Source: Thermoanaerobaculia bacterium (lineage in GTDB: Bacteria; Acidobacteriota; Thermoanaerobaculia; UBA5066). Taken from it: a stretch of DNA of 64,000 bases. The notes under the pieces were generated by a model, which worked only from the letters and a program-made list of their open reading frames with translations, was not told where the DNA came from and searched no databases. Where the stretch lies: positions 77,228-141,227 of the forward strand of contig CAWEJK010000009.1 in assembly GCA_963809425.1 (NCBI GenBank), written 5' to 3'. Numbering within the stretch: the first letter of the stretch is position 1; each line of letters opens with the position of its first letter. Positions 55,136 to 64,000 of the stretch are shown in pieces. Made by a program: the position numbers and the translations under genes.

Positions 55136-56784
55136 ACGGCGTTTTCCGCGCGAACGCCCTTCGCGCCTCCGGAAGGGCTCTCCTCGCGGGCGATGCCCGC
55201 GGTCGCCTCGTCGCAATGGCCGGGCTCTTCGCGCTCCTCGTTTTCGCGGTCCTCGAGACGGCCGGGCTCGAAGGCGCCCTCCGGGCCTCGCGCGCCGCTC
55301 TCGGCGAGCTGCCCGAGATCCGGCCGGCGTTCCTCGTCGAGCGCCTCCTCGCCGGAGCCTTCGCGGCCGCCCTCGTCCTCGGATTCCTCGGCTCGCTCAC
55401 GACGGCCATCAGCACGCTCTTCCTCTCCGAGGAGCTCGCGGCGCTCGCCACGCTCCCGTTCCCGCACCGCCGCCTCGTGCTCCGGCAGGCCCTCGTGACG
55501 CTCGCTCTCGCCTCCGCGCCGACGCTCCTTCTCGCGGCGCCCGCGCTCGTCGTCGCGGCCGGAGCGGGAGGACGGCCCCTGCTCGCGCTCCTCGCCGGTG
55601 CGCTTCCGCTCGCGGGCGTGATGCTCCTCGCGGGCGCGGCAGGGATCGCCGCGGCGCTGCTCTTCGTGCGCGCGGTGCCTCCGAGGCGCGCGCGCCTGCT
55701 CGCGGCCTTTCTCTCGGCGACGGGTCTTGCGGTCGCGCTTCTCGGCTTTCGCGCCGCCAGGCCGGAACGCCTTCTCGATCCCCTCGAGGCGCTCTCCGTC
55801 GTGACCGGGCTCGGGACTGCGCCTCTTTCCCCGCCCGGCGTCAACCCCGCGGCGTGGGCCGCTCGCGCCGCGACCCTCGGGCTCTTCGGAGACGCCGGAG
55901 GACTCCTGCCCGGCGCCGCGCTCTTCCTCGCCGGCCTCGTCGCGTTCCTTCTCGTGCCGGCGACGCTCTGGCGATTGCACCTCCACGTGTTCCGCGAGGC
56001 GCGGACGGGAGTCGTGCGAGCGGCAGGAGGTGAGAACCGGGGCCCCGAAGCCCGCTCGCTCGCCGGCGTGCTCCTCCGCGCGGAAGCGGCGAGCCTTCTC
56101 CGCGACGCCTCCACGCCCGCGCAGCTCGGCTCGCTGGCCGCCGTGTTTCTGCTCGACCTGATGAACGTGCGGCTCCTGCCGGGCGCGGATCTCTCGGCCC
56201 GCGACCTCGTGGCCGGGCTCCAGACGGGGCTGTCCTTGTTTCTCGTCTCGGCCCTCTCGCTCCGCTTCGCGTACCCCTCCGTCTCGTCGGACGGCCGCGC
56301 CGCGCTGATTCTCCGGACGCTCCCCCTGGATCCGCGGCCGCAGCTGCTCGCGCGCTGGGCCGTCCGCGCCCTTCCCGCCACGGGGATCGCCCTCGCCCTG
56401 ACCGGAGCGAGCCTCCTCGTCCTCCGGCCCGCGGGTGCGACGTCCGCCGTTGCGCTGCTCGCCGCTCTCGCGGGAGGCCTCGCGATCCCGGCCCTTCACC
56501 TCGGGCTCGGCGCCGTATTCCCGCGCTACGACGCGCCGAATGCCGTGAGCGTCGCGTTGTCGTCGGGAGGGCTCTTCGCGCTCGTCTTCTCGACGGGCCT
56601 CTCCCTCTTCTCGACGCTCGTCGTGTCGGAAGAGCTCCGTCTGCTGCTCGGTTCGCTCGTCGGGATGCGGTTGTCGCCCTGGGCGCTTTTCCTGTCGTTC
56701 CTCTCGTCAGCGGCCGCGGCGGCTTTCGCGCCGATGGCACTGGCGGCAAGATCCCTCGCGAGAAGTGACATCTCGATCGGGTGA
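55132..56784 (+). CDS. putative ABC exporter permease (polytopic membrane protein)
   Basis: GTG start in a GTGA overlap with the ATPase stop. About 550 aa and Ala/Leu-rich with many TM segments. The track ORF upstream of 55132 is a shadow frame. Confidence 0.7.
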   Translation: MNGVFRANALRASGRALLAGDARGRLVAMAGLFALLVFAVLETAGLEGALRASRAALGELPEIRPAFLVERLLAGAFAAALVLGFLGSLTTAISTLFLSEELAALATLPFPHRRLVLRQALVTLALASAPTLLLAAPALVVAAGAGGRPLLALLAGALPLAGVMLLAGAAGIAAALLFVRAVPPRRARLLAAFLSATGLAVALLGFRAARPERLLDPLEALSVVTGLGTAPLSPPGVNPAAWAARAATLGLFGDAGGLLPGAALFLAGLVAFLLVPATLWRLHLHVFREARTGVVRAAGGENRGPEARSLAGVLLRAEAASLLRDASTPAQLGSLAAVFLLDLMNVRLLPGADLSARDLVAGLQTGLSLFLVSALSLRFAYPSVSSDGRAALILRTLPLDPRPQLLARWAVRALPATGIALALTGASLLVLRPAGATSAVALLAALAGGLAIPALHLGLGAVFPRYDAPNAVSVALSSGGLFALVFSTGLSLFSTLVVSEELRLLLGSLVGMRLSPWALFLSFLSSAAAAAFAPMALAARSLARSDISIG

Positions 56785-56890
56785 CCTTTCTAAGAAGATT
56801 TTCCTTGAAGGGCGAATGAGCGACGCGCTCGCGAGCGATGCTTCGGCGCGCTCTGCCGCTCTTCTCTTCACCTTCTAAGCAGAATTCGTC
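56783..56890. repeat. intergenic inverted pair of the AT-rich repeat family between convergent genes
   Basis: Arm gattttccttgaagggcgaatgagcg (56798-56823) pairs with the reverse complement of 56858-56890 (gacgaattctgcttagaaggtgaagagaagagc). A GC-rich spacer lies between the arms. An extra overlapping reverse core cctttctaagaag lies at 56786-56798. Confidence 0.75.
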
Positions 56891-56940
56891 TCGTTCGGAC
56901 GTTACGAATTGCCCGGAGCGCACACGCGATGCCCGGGCGT

Positions 56941-57852
56941 TCAGGAAACGGCGTGCAGCGGCGGCTCGCCGCGCGCGAAGCGCGCGATCTCCTCGCACGC
57001 GAGGCGCGCCATCGCGAGGCGCGTCTCGTGCGTCGCGGAGCCGAGGTGCGGGAGCAGGACGACGTTCGGCAGCGCGACAAGTCCGGGGTGGATCGCGGGC
57101 TCCTTCTCGAAGACGTCGAGTCCCGCGCCGAAGAGATGCTTCGAAGCGAGAGCTGCCGCGAGAGCGGCTTCGTCGACGATGGGACCCCGCGCGGTGTTGA
57201 CGAGGATGGCTCCCTCTTTCATTCTCAGAAACTCTTCTTCTCCGAACCTCCCGCGCGTTTCGTCGGTCAGCGGCGCGTGGATCGACAGCACGTCGACTTT
57301 CGAAAGAAATTCCCCGAATTCCTCTTCTCTCCGGTTCTTGTCGAAAGCCAGCACCTTCATCCCGAACGCCTCGCCGCGGCGCGCGACGGCGCGGCCGATG
57401 CGGCCCATGCCGTAAATCCCGAGCGTCTTCCCCTGAAGCGACACGCCGAGGAGCTCCTGCGGCTTCCAGCCGTCCCACGTCCCGGAGCGGGCAAGCGCAT
57501 CGCCTTCGTGCAGCCGCCGCGACACCCCGAGAATCAGGGCCCACGCGAGGTCCGCCGTCGCGTCCGTCAGAACGTCCGGCGTGTTCGTCACGAGGATCCC
57601 GCGGGCACGGCACGCGGCGAGGTCGATGTGGTCGACGCCCACCGAGTGGCTCGCCACGAGCCCGAGGCCGGGCGCGGCCGCGAGAACGTCCTCGGTGACG
57701 CGTTCGCGCGGCGTGGGAAGAAGAGCCCGCACGGTCGCGAGGCGCGGCCACTCGGGGGCCGGCAACCCCCCGGCGCCGACGGTGACGTCGTGTCCGGAGA
57801 GGATCTCCGTCGTGGAGGGCTCGACGAGGGGTCTCCCGACGAAGATCCTCAC
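56941..57852 (-). CDS. D-isomer-specific 2-hydroxyacid dehydrogenase (glyoxylate/hydroxypyruvate reductase-like)
   Basis: GIYGMGRIGRAVARR, MKEGAILVNTARG, LPHLGSAT. GTG 57852 is in a GTGA overlap with the small upstream ORF. Confidence 0.9.
   Translation of the reverse strand: MRIFVGRPLVEPSTTEILSGHDVTVGAGGLPAPEWPRLATVRALLPTPRERVTEDVLAAAPGLGLVASHSVGVDHIDLAACRARGILVTNTPDVLTDATADLAWALILGVSRRLHEGDALARSGTWDGWKPQELLGVSLQGKTLGIYGMGRIGRAVARRGEAFGMKVLAFDKNRREEEFGEFLSKVDVLSIHAPLTDETRGRFGEEEFLRMKEGAILVNTARGPIVDEAALAAALASKHLFGAGLDVFEKEPAIHPGLVALPNVVLLPHLGSATHETRLAMARLACEEIARFARGEPPLHAVS
57209..57334. repeat. two copies of the AT-rich repeat family in the 2-hydroxyacid dehydrogenase gene (57209-57248-, 57295-57334-)
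   Basis: Sequences are gctccctctttcattctcagaaactcttcttctccgaacc and gactttcgaaagaaattccccgaattcctcttctctccgg. They encode FGEEEFLRMKEGA and NRREEEFGEFLSKV. Confidence 0.6.
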
Positions 57853-58022
57853 GGCGCCTTGAACGGGCGCACGAGAGCCCAGCCGGCGAAGAAGACGCCG
57901 CCCCCCGCGAAGAACATGCGCTCCTCGTAGCGGAGGTCGTTTCTCAGAAGTCCGATGGCGAGACCCAGACCCACGAGCACGAGGCCGATGAGCTGAAGAC
58001 CTCGCCCGAACGCGAACCTCAC
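57849..58022 (-). CDS. small two-TM membrane protein (57 aa), translationally coupled on both sides
   Basis: Absent from the ORF track. Starts at GTG and reads (M)RFAFGRGLQLIGLVLVGLGLAIGLLRNDLRYEERMFFAGGGVFFAGWALVRPFKAP*. GTGA overlaps occur at both ends (58019-58022 and 57849-57852). Confidence 0.5.
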   Translation of the reverse strand: MRFAFGRGLQLIGLVLVGLGLAIGLLRNDLRYEERMFFAGGGVFFAGWALVRPFKAP

Positions 58023-60112
58023 GGCACCGCTCCGGCAGGCCTCGCTTCACGCGGGCGGGACGTCACGCGCACGGACACGAGACGGTCGTTCTGCTCGATG
58101 CGGTCGAGGACCTCGACCCCTTCGAGGACGCGTCCGAAAACCGTGTACCCGCCGTCGAGATGCCGCTGCGGCGAGAGAGCGATGAACCACTGCGACCCGC
58201 CCGTGTCCGGCCCCGACAGCGCCATCCCCACGCTTCCCCGGGCGTAACGCACCGCGTTGATTTCGTCGGGAATCGCGTGACCCGGCCCCCCGTTACCATC
58301 CCCGCGCGGATCGCCGGTCTGCACGACGAAGTCGGGCACGACGCGATGGATCAGGAGTCCGTCGAAGAAACGCCTTGCGGCGAGCGCGCGAAAACTCTCG
58401 ACTGTCATCGGGGCTTCCTCGGCGAGAAGCTCCATGCGAATCGCACCCCTGGACGTCACGATCTCCGCCTCGAAGACCGACTCGTTCGCCGCGCGCGCGA
58501 GCCGGTCGTAGTCGACCCGCGAGAGCCGTGTCGCGGCCGGAATCGGCCGGAACGAATCCGGTGCGACGCCGTACTTCTCCACGAGCAGCCGCCTGGCTTT
58601 CTCCCGCGCCACGTCATTCGCGTCGTTCCCGTGAGAGGAGACGAGGGCGCGGCCGGCCTCGCCCCGCGCGGCCGCGGCGTCGAGCGCGCCGACCGAGAAG
58701 TCCGGCTCGCCGGACTCGAACGCGCGGTCGAACGCCGCCGTCCAGGCGCGCCTCAGCTCCGCACCTCCCTGCTCCAGGAGCGGCGCGGCCGCTTCGAGCG
58801 CCACGTCCCGCACGGCCGGGTCGTGGTCCACCAGGCCGGCCAGCAGATACGCCGAACGCTTCGGAGAGTCCCGCTTGGAAAGGGAAGAGAGGGCCGCGGC
58901 GCGAATTCGCGCGGCCGGGTCGGAATGAAGCGCCTTCGCCGCTTGCTCCTTCGCGGGGCTCTCCTCTTCCAGAAATTCCAGCGCTTCCGAAGCGCCCAGC
59001 CTCAGCTCGAGCGAATCGCTCGCGGATGCCGCATCGAGCCGCGCCGCCGCGGCTTCCGGCGACCGCGCCGCGTCGAGGCGCGTCAGGCTCACGATGGCCG
59101 TCTGCCCTCGCCACCCCTTTCGAAGCAGGTTCTCTTCGAGCACCGAACGCGACTCCGGCGAGTCGGGCAATACCCCGAGCAGACGGAGAGCGGCGATCGC
59201 CACCCCGGGAAGGGGATCGTTTGCTCGGAGAAGAGCGACGTCCCTCGCGCTTCGGGCGACGTCGTCGTTTCGGGAAAGGGCGCCTTTCTTAGAAAGTGAA
59301 TCGAGCGCGGTCAGGGCCTGCACGGAAACCGAGATGTCTCGGCTCGCGGCGAGGCGGATGAGATCCGGAGCGCTCTCTTCGTCCCCGAGCAACCCCGCCG
59401 CGCGGGCCGCCCACGAAACGACGACCTCTTCGTCGATTCCCCTTCTAAGCACGGCGCGAAGCGCCGAAACGGCCGCGGGATCCGGTTTCCGTGACAGGGA
59501 ATAGACGATCGCTCTCCTGAGCTCCGGAGCAGAAGAATCTTCTCCGAACGCGGCGAGCAGAGCCTCCACGGTCCGCGCCTCCGGCTTGCGGAACAGAGCG
59601 AGCGCGCTCGCGGCGCGCGTCGACCCGGCTGTCTCGCGCCTCGCGAGCGACGCGAGGAGCGCGTCCGTCGCGTCCTTCCCGCCGATCTTCCCGAGAGCTT
59701 CGGCCGCGTTCGCCGCCGTTTCCATGTCGGGATCGCCGAGGGCGACGGCGAGGAACCGAACGAGGCGCGCGTCGCCGGAGACCCCCGCCCCGAACGCGGC
59801 CGCGCGCCTGACGCCCGCGTCCGGATCCTTGAGGAGGACCGGCAGGTAGAGCGCGGCGTCGGGATCCCGGAGCCTTCCCGCGGCGAGCGCCGTCTTCGCG
59901 CGCAGCCAGGGATCGGGCGAGACCGCCGCGCGCCCCGTGAGGAGCGGGTCGTAGGCACGGCGATCCTCCATGCGGAGGAGTCCGGCGTATCCGCCGAGGC
60001 GTTCGCGATAGGTGCCCTTCGGGGAGCCCTTTTCCGGGCCGAACGAGATACAGCCGGAGAGGGAGAGGGCGGCGAGGACGGCGGCGAACGCGCGACGGTC
60101 GCGGTGCGACAT
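58019..60112 (-). CDS. lipoprotein with HEAT-repeat region fused to a cyclophilin-type peptidyl-prolyl isomerase
   Basis: Lipobox LSLSGC. Repeated DP(D/A)..VR..A units. C-terminal cyclophilin domain FHRVVPDFVVQTGDP...GSVGMA...SQWFI...GYTVFGRV. Confidence 0.85.
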   Translation of the reverse strand: MSHRDRRAFAAVLAALSLSGCISFGPEKGSPKGTYRERLGGYAGLLRMEDRRAYDPLLTGRAAVSPDPWLRAKTALAAGRLRDPDAALYLPVLLKDPDAGVRRAAAFGAGVSGDARLVRFLAVALGDPDMETAANAAEALGKIGGKDATDALLASLARRETAGSTRAASALALFRKPEARTVEALLAAFGEDSSAPELRRAIVYSLSRKPDPAAVSALRAVLRRGIDEEVVVSWAARAAGLLGDEESAPDLIRLAASRDISVSVQALTALDSLSKKGALSRNDDVARSARDVALLRANDPLPGVAIAALRLLGVLPDSPESRSVLEENLLRKGWRGQTAIVSLTRLDAARSPEAAAARLDAASASDSLELRLGASEALEFLEEESPAKEQAAKALHSDPAARIRAAALSSLSKRDSPKRSAYLLAGLVDHDPAVRDVALEAAAPLLEQGGAELRRAWTAAFDRAFESGEPDFSVGALDAAAARGEAGRALVSSHGNDANDVAREKARRLLVEKYGVAPDSFRPIPAATRLSRVDYDRLARAANESVFEAEIVTSRGAIRMELLAEEAPMTVESFRALAARRFFDGLLIHRVVPDFVVQTGDPRGDGNGGPGHAIPDEINAVRYARGSVGMALSGPDTGGSQWFIALSPQRHLDGGYTVFGRVLEGVEVLDRIEQNDRLVSVRVTSRPREARPAGAVP
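58870..59550. repeat. seven copies of the AT-rich repeat family in the HEAT-repeat region (58870-58895+, 58957-58988-, 59102-59141-, 59217-59242+, 59272-59305+, 59425-59457-, 59527-59550-)
   Basis: Examples are cgcctttcttagaaagtgaatc, attccccttctaagcacggcgc and ccacccctttcgaagcaggttctcttcgag. Encoded peptides are SLSKKGA, VLRRGIDEE, ENLLRKGWRG, SLSKRDS and EFLEEES. Confidence 0.7.
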
Positions 60113-60129
60113 CGAACGCCCGCCGGAGC

Positions 60130-60888
60130 TCAGAGTCCGACGACGAGCCGGTCGCCCAGCACGGCCGGCAGCCCCGCGCGCTGGATCTTGCGGCGCGCGG
60201 CGCCGACGTCGTACGGCACGCGGTCGAAGTGGACGACGCGGGCGCTCGCGTCGTAAATGGCGTACGCGGCGCGGGGATTCCGGTCCCGCGGCTGGCCCAC
60301 GGAACCGGGATTCACGAGATAGCGCTTCCCGGGCTCGAGCCTCAGCTTGTAGCGCGCCTCGCGCACCGCCTCGACGCGGATCCCTCCGGGCTCCAGCGTG
60401 AAGATCGAAGGAATGTGGCTGTGGCCGAAGAAGCACAGGTCGATGCCCTCGGCGAAACGGTGGAGCTGCACGAAATTCAGCGAGGCGTCGAAGTCCGAGA
60501 AGATGTACGCGTCCTCGTCGAGGGGCGAGCCGTGGCACACGACGAAGAGCCCGTCCACGACCTCCGGTCCGAGCGGAAGCTTCTTCAGGAAGTCCATGTT
60601 CTGCTTCGAGAGCCGGTCCATCGTCCAGCGCGCCGCCTCGAGCGCCGGCGGATTGAACAGAGCTCCCTCCTCGACGCCGGAGACGACCTTGTCGTGGTTT
60701 CCGCGCACCGAGATCGTCGTCTTCCGGAGCTTCCGAAAGCGGTCCAGCACCTTGTTCGGGTCGGCGGCGTAACCCACGAAGTCGCCCAGGCAGACCACAC
60801 GCTCGAAGGCCTTCCGCTTCACCCGGCGCAGCACGGCGGTCAGGGCCTCGTCGTTCGCGTGCAGGTCGGACAGAATGAGGTAGCGCAC
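60130..60888 (-). CDS. metallophosphoesterase family protein
   Basis: LILSDLHAN, CLGDFVGY, GNHD, VCHGSP, GHSH. Confidence 0.85.
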   Translation of the reverse strand: MRYLILSDLHANDEALTAVLRRVKRKAFERVVCLGDFVGYAADPNKVLDRFRKLRKTTISVRGNHDKVVSGVEEGALFNPPALEAARWTMDRLSKQNMDFLKKLPLGPEVVDGLFVVCHGSPLDEDAYIFSDFDASLNFVQLHRFAEGIDLCFFGHSHIPSIFTLEPGGIRVEAVREARYKLRLEPGKRYLVNPGSVGQPRDRNPRAAYAIYDASARVVHFDRVPYDVGAARRKIQRAGLPAVLGDRLVVGL

Positions 60889-60889
60889 G

Positions 60890-61444
60890 TCAACTCGCCC
60901 CGTCGATGTGCGGGTCGAGCAGGAGCGCCAGCCTGCCGGCTACATCGCCGGGAGTCGAGTCCTGATCCACGTCCAGTGTCCGGTCCGCCATTTTATAGAA
61001 CGCGCGCCGGCCTTCCCACAGCAATCGGGCCGATTCCAGCGAACCGAAGAGAGGGCGATCCGCCGCTTTTGAGGCCAGGCGCGCCGCGAGAACCTCGAAC
61101 GGCGGGTCCAGGAAGACCGAGACGCCGTGCTCCTTCACGAACCGGACGTTGTCTGGAAACGTGAACGTTCCCCCTCCGAGGGCGATCACGGCGTCCGCGA
61201 GCTTCGCCGTGCCGCGCAGGAGCTCGACCTCCCTCTCGCGGAAATAGGGCTCCCCGTGGGTCTCGAAGGTCTCGCGGATCGTCTTTCCGGACATCGACTC
61301 GAAGGCCAGGTCCAGGTCCACGAACGGCACTCCCCAGCGGCGTGCCAGGAGGCGTCCGCTCGTCGTCTTGCCGCTTCCCATGAACCCGACGAGGTAGACG
61401 CGGCCCCGCTTTCCGGGCGCGGCTCCCCCGGACCGATCCGTCAG
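60890..61444 (-). CDS. aroK: shikimate kinase
   Basis: P-loop GFMGSGKTT, then DLD...SGKTIRETF...GE..FR..E and GGG. The only in-frame start upstream of the P-loop is CTG 61444, which overlaps the accC TGA as CTGA. ATG 61387 would truncate the P-loop. Confidence 0.75.
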   Translation of the reverse strand: MTDRSGGAAPGKRGRVYLVGFMGSGKTTSGRLLARRWGVPFVDLDLAFESMSGKTIRETFETHGEPYFREREVELLRGTAKLADAVIALGGGTFTFPDNVRFVKEHGVSVFLDPPFEVLAARLASKAADRPLFGSLESARLLWEGRRAFYKMADRTLDVDQDSTPGDVAGRLALLLDPHIDGAS

Positions 61445-62811
61445 CGGGGCGGGGCGTTCTTCAGCCACCGCTCGAGCCACTTCGTGGAGACGCGGCCGCG
61501 GCGCACGTCCGGGTCGTCGAGAAGCCTCCGGTGGAGCGGGATCGTCGTCTTGATTCCCTCCACGATGAAGAGCTCCAGCGCGCGCCGGCCGCGGCTGAGG
61601 GCCTCCTCGCGGTCGCGGCCGTGCACGATGAGCTTCGCGATGAGCGAGTCGTAATACGGAGGGATCTTCCAGCCGGAGTACGCCGCCGTGTCCACGCGCA
61701 CCCCCGGTCCCCCCGGCAGGTGAAGAGTCGTGATCGTCCCCGGAGAAGCCGCGAACGTGACCGGATCCTCGGCGTTGATCCGGAACTCGATCGCGTGTCC
61801 CCGCGGCCGCCACCCCAGCCCGTCGCCGGGAGGCGTCGGCCCGAACGAAAGCGGCTCCCCCGCCGCGACGCGGATCTGCTCCTTCACGAGGTCGAGGCCG
61901 GTCACCATCTCCGTCACCGGGTGCTCCACCTGGATCCGGGTGTTCATTTCCATGAAGTAGAAGGACCCGTCGTCGTCCAGCAGGAACTCCACCGTCCCGG
62001 CCCCGACGTAGTCCACGGATTTCGCGACGGCGATCGCGGCGGCCCCCATCTTCGCGCGAAGGGCGTCGGTGAGAGCCGGCGAAGGCGATTCCTCGAGGAT
62101 CTTCTGGTGCCGCCGCTGGAGAGAACACTCGCGCTCGCCGAGATGCACGATGCGGCCGGCCCCGTCGCCGAAGACCTGGAACTCGATGTGCCGCGGCTCC
62201 GCGAGGTACTTCTCGAGGTAGACGCTTCCATTTCCGAAGGCGCGCTCGGCCTCCGAGGTCGCGAGCTCGAAGGCGGCCGCGAGCTCCTTGTCGGACCTCG
62301 CGACGCGCATGCCGCGGCCTCCGCCCCCCGCCACGGCCTTCAGGAGGACCGGGTAACCGACGCCCTCCGCGAGGTTCATCGCGTCCTCGATCGAGTCGAG
62401 AGGCCCCGGGCTGCCGGGGACGGTCGGCACCCCCACTTTCTTGACGGTTGCCCTCGCGACGGCCTTGTCGCCCATCCGCCGAATCGCGTCCGGCGATGGA
62501 CCGATCCACTTCAGTCCGACTTCCTCGAGGATCTCCGCGAAGTGGGCGTTCTCCGCGAGGAAACCGTAGCCGGGATGCACGGCATCGGCGCCCGTGATCT
62601 CCGCGGCGGCGACGAGCGACGTGATGTTGAGATACGAGCCCGACGGCGCCGCGGGACCGATGCACACCGATTCGTCCGCGGCGCGCACGTGAAGCGAGTC
62701 GCGGTCCGCTTCCGAGTGGACCGCCACGGTGGCGATCGACAGCTCTTTGCACGCCGCGATGACGCGTAGCGCGATCTCCCCACGGTTGGCGACGAGGACT
62801 TTCTGGAACAC
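61441..62811 (-). CDS. accC: acetyl-CoA carboxylase, biotin carboxylase subunit
   Basis: [40 protein letters not shown]. 456 aa. Confidence 0.95.
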   Translation of the reverse strand: MFQKVLVANRGEIALRVIAACKELSIATVAVHSEADRDSLHVRAADESVCIGPAAPSGSYLNITSLVAAAEITGADAVHPGYGFLAENAHFAEILEEVGLKWIGPSPDAIRRMGDKAVARATVKKVGVPTVPGSPGPLDSIEDAMNLAEGVGYPVLLKAVAGGGGRGMRVARSDKELAAAFELATSEAERAFGNGSVYLEKYLAEPRHIEFQVFGDGAGRIVHLGERECSLQRRHQKILEESPSPALTDALRAKMGAAAIAVAKSVDYVGAGTVEFLLDDDGSFYFMEMNTRIQVEHPVTEMVTGLDLVKEQIRVAAGEPLSFGPTPPGDGLGWRPRGHAIEFRINAEDPVTFAASPGTITTLHLPGGPGVRVDTAAYSGWKIPPYYDSLIAKLIVHGRDREEALSRGRRALELFIVEGIKTTIPLHRRLLDDPDVRRGRVSTKWLERWLKNAPPR

Positions 62812-62820
62812 GTGTTTCCG

Positions 62821-63312
62821 TCAGCGCGGCTGGATCGCGAAGAGCTTCTCCCCGAACTCCACGGGCTGGGCGTTCTGCGGGAAGATGGAGACCACCGTCC
62901 CCGAGATGTCCGCCTCGATCTCGTTCATGAGCTTCATCGCCTCGACGATGCAGAGGGTCTTGCCTTTCTCCACGACGTCCCCGACCTTGACGAACGGTTC
63001 GGCATCGGGACTCGCGGCGCGGTAGAACGTGCCGACGATCGGCGCGGTGATGACGTGGAAGCCCTCGTGCTCTCCGGAGCCCGGCGGTCCGGGAGGCACG
63101 TGCGGGACGACTTTCGCGGCCGACCCGGCCGGGGGAAGCGCGGGCGCCTCGGCGGCGACGGACTCGGCCACGGCATGCGAAAAGACGGGCGCGCCGCGGT
63201 GCGCGGGGGCTCCCTCGATGCGGAGGCGGAAGCCTGCCCGCTCGATCTCGAGGCCGGCGAGGCCCCGGCGCGACACCAGTTCGACGAGTTCCTTGATTTC
63301 CTTGACGTTCAT
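62821..63312 (-). CDS. accB: acetyl-CoA carboxylase, biotin carboxyl carrier protein
   Basis: Start at MNVKEIKELV. Biotinylation motif CIVEAMKLMNEIEA. Confidence 0.9.
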   Translation of the reverse strand: MNVKEIKELVELVSRRGLAGLEIERAGFRLRIEGAPAHRGAPVFSHAVAESVAAEAPALPPAGSAAKVVPHVPPGPPGSGEHEGFHVITAPIVGTFYRAASPDAEPFVKVGDVVEKGKTLCIVEAMKLMNEIEADISGTVVSIFPQNAQPVEFGEKLFAIQPR

Positions 63313-63352
63313 CGTGCCCTTTCGATTCCTTTCGAGCGCCCGTTCGTGCCGT

Positions 63353-64000
63353 TCAGCGGACCGCCGGACGGAGCGCGCGCGCCGTGCGCGCCGCCTCCCA
63401 GCGAATCTCGCCGAGCGCCGCATCGGGATCGACCTGCAGGATGAGAGAGTAGTCGGCGTTCACGCGGGAGACGACGGCCCCGCCGTGCGGGCCGGCGACC
63501 GCGAACGACTCGAGCTCGCCCGCGCCGGTCTCGGCCGCCGTCCGCCGGACGTTCTTCTGGAATGCGCTGAGCTCCGCGACGAGGGTCTCCATCGCGGCGT
63601 CGCGCGACGAGGCCCCGGCCATCACCACGGGAAGCCCCTCGAGATCCGTGAGCGTCGCGGCGCGGATGCCCTCCGTTCCCTCGACGAGACTCGAGATGAG
63701 CCCGTGCAAGTCGTCCACGGTGACCTCCATCCGTTTCGGAAACTGCCGCGCGAGTCGCCGGAGGCGCGGATGGTCGGTTCTCTCGCCCCGCGGGAGCGCG
63801 GCCGCCTTCTCGCGCAGCGCGCGCGCTCTCTCCTCGTCGGCGGCCGCCTCCGCGAGAGTCCGGTACGTCTCGCGCGCGTCCGCCATGTGGCCCTGCGCGC
63901 GATACAGGTCCCCGAGGGTCTCCGTGACGAGCGGCTCGGCCGGGGCGGGAGGAACGGGAGGAGCGGCAAGTCCCGCCGGAGGCGATTCGGAAGGTGCTTC
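63353..64000 (-). CDS. Roadblock/LC7 (MglB-like) domain protein, possibly with an N-terminal TPR-like extension; 5' end outside the window or at an internal ATG
   Basis: Roadblock-like body MEVTVDDLHGLISSLVEGTEGIRAATLTDLEGLPVV...ADYSLILQV. The same frame is open upstream to nt 64000 (…LGDLYRAQGHMADARETY…). Confidence 0.6.
   Translation of the reverse strand, partial: EAPSESPPAGLAAPPVPPAPAEPLVTETLGDLYRAQGHMADARETYRTLAEAAADEERARALREKAAALPRGERTDHPRLRRLARQFPKRMEVTVDDLHGLISSLVEGTEGIRAATLTDLEGLPVVMAGASSRDAAMETLVAELSAFQKNVRRTAAETGAGELESFAVAGPHGGAVVSRVNADYSLILQVDPDAALGEIRWEAARTARALRPAVR

Overview
Very GC-rich bacterial chromosomal window, densely coded, mostly housekeeping and envelope genes. Taxon is not determinable from the sequence; the TonB-receptor and EPS content is Acidobacteria-like, which is inference only. 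About 60 protein genes are supportable. I found no rRNA, tRNA, CRISPR array, transposase or prophage.

Recognisable genes include maeB, proS, mutY, accB/accC, aroK, gdhA, fabH/fabG and hbd, plus a UvrA-family ATPase and a vapBC pair. There is also an EPS-type glycosyltransferase block with a sigma54 activator and a CHASE3 two-component system. Other modules are an ECF sigma/anti-sigma pair and an ABC + CHAD + phosphodiesterase group.

The main unexplained signal is a family of about three dozen short AT/purine-rich repeats with a TTTCTTAGAAGG-type core.
- They sit almost entirely inside ORFs.
- They usually occur as convergent inverted pairs 60-190 nt apart.
- They keep the host frame open in all six phases.
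- Composite copies coincide with the frame breaks in two genes (uvrA-like, acyl-CoA ligase).

Secondary observations:
- Frame breaks in other genes lie next to GATC sites, a possible assembly artefact.
- NTGA start/stop overlaps are pervasive, including two CTGA cases with no canonical start codon.
- Several small ORFs are absent from the ORF track or need a shorter internal start.

Many long ORFs in the track are GC-driven shadow frames and are not called.
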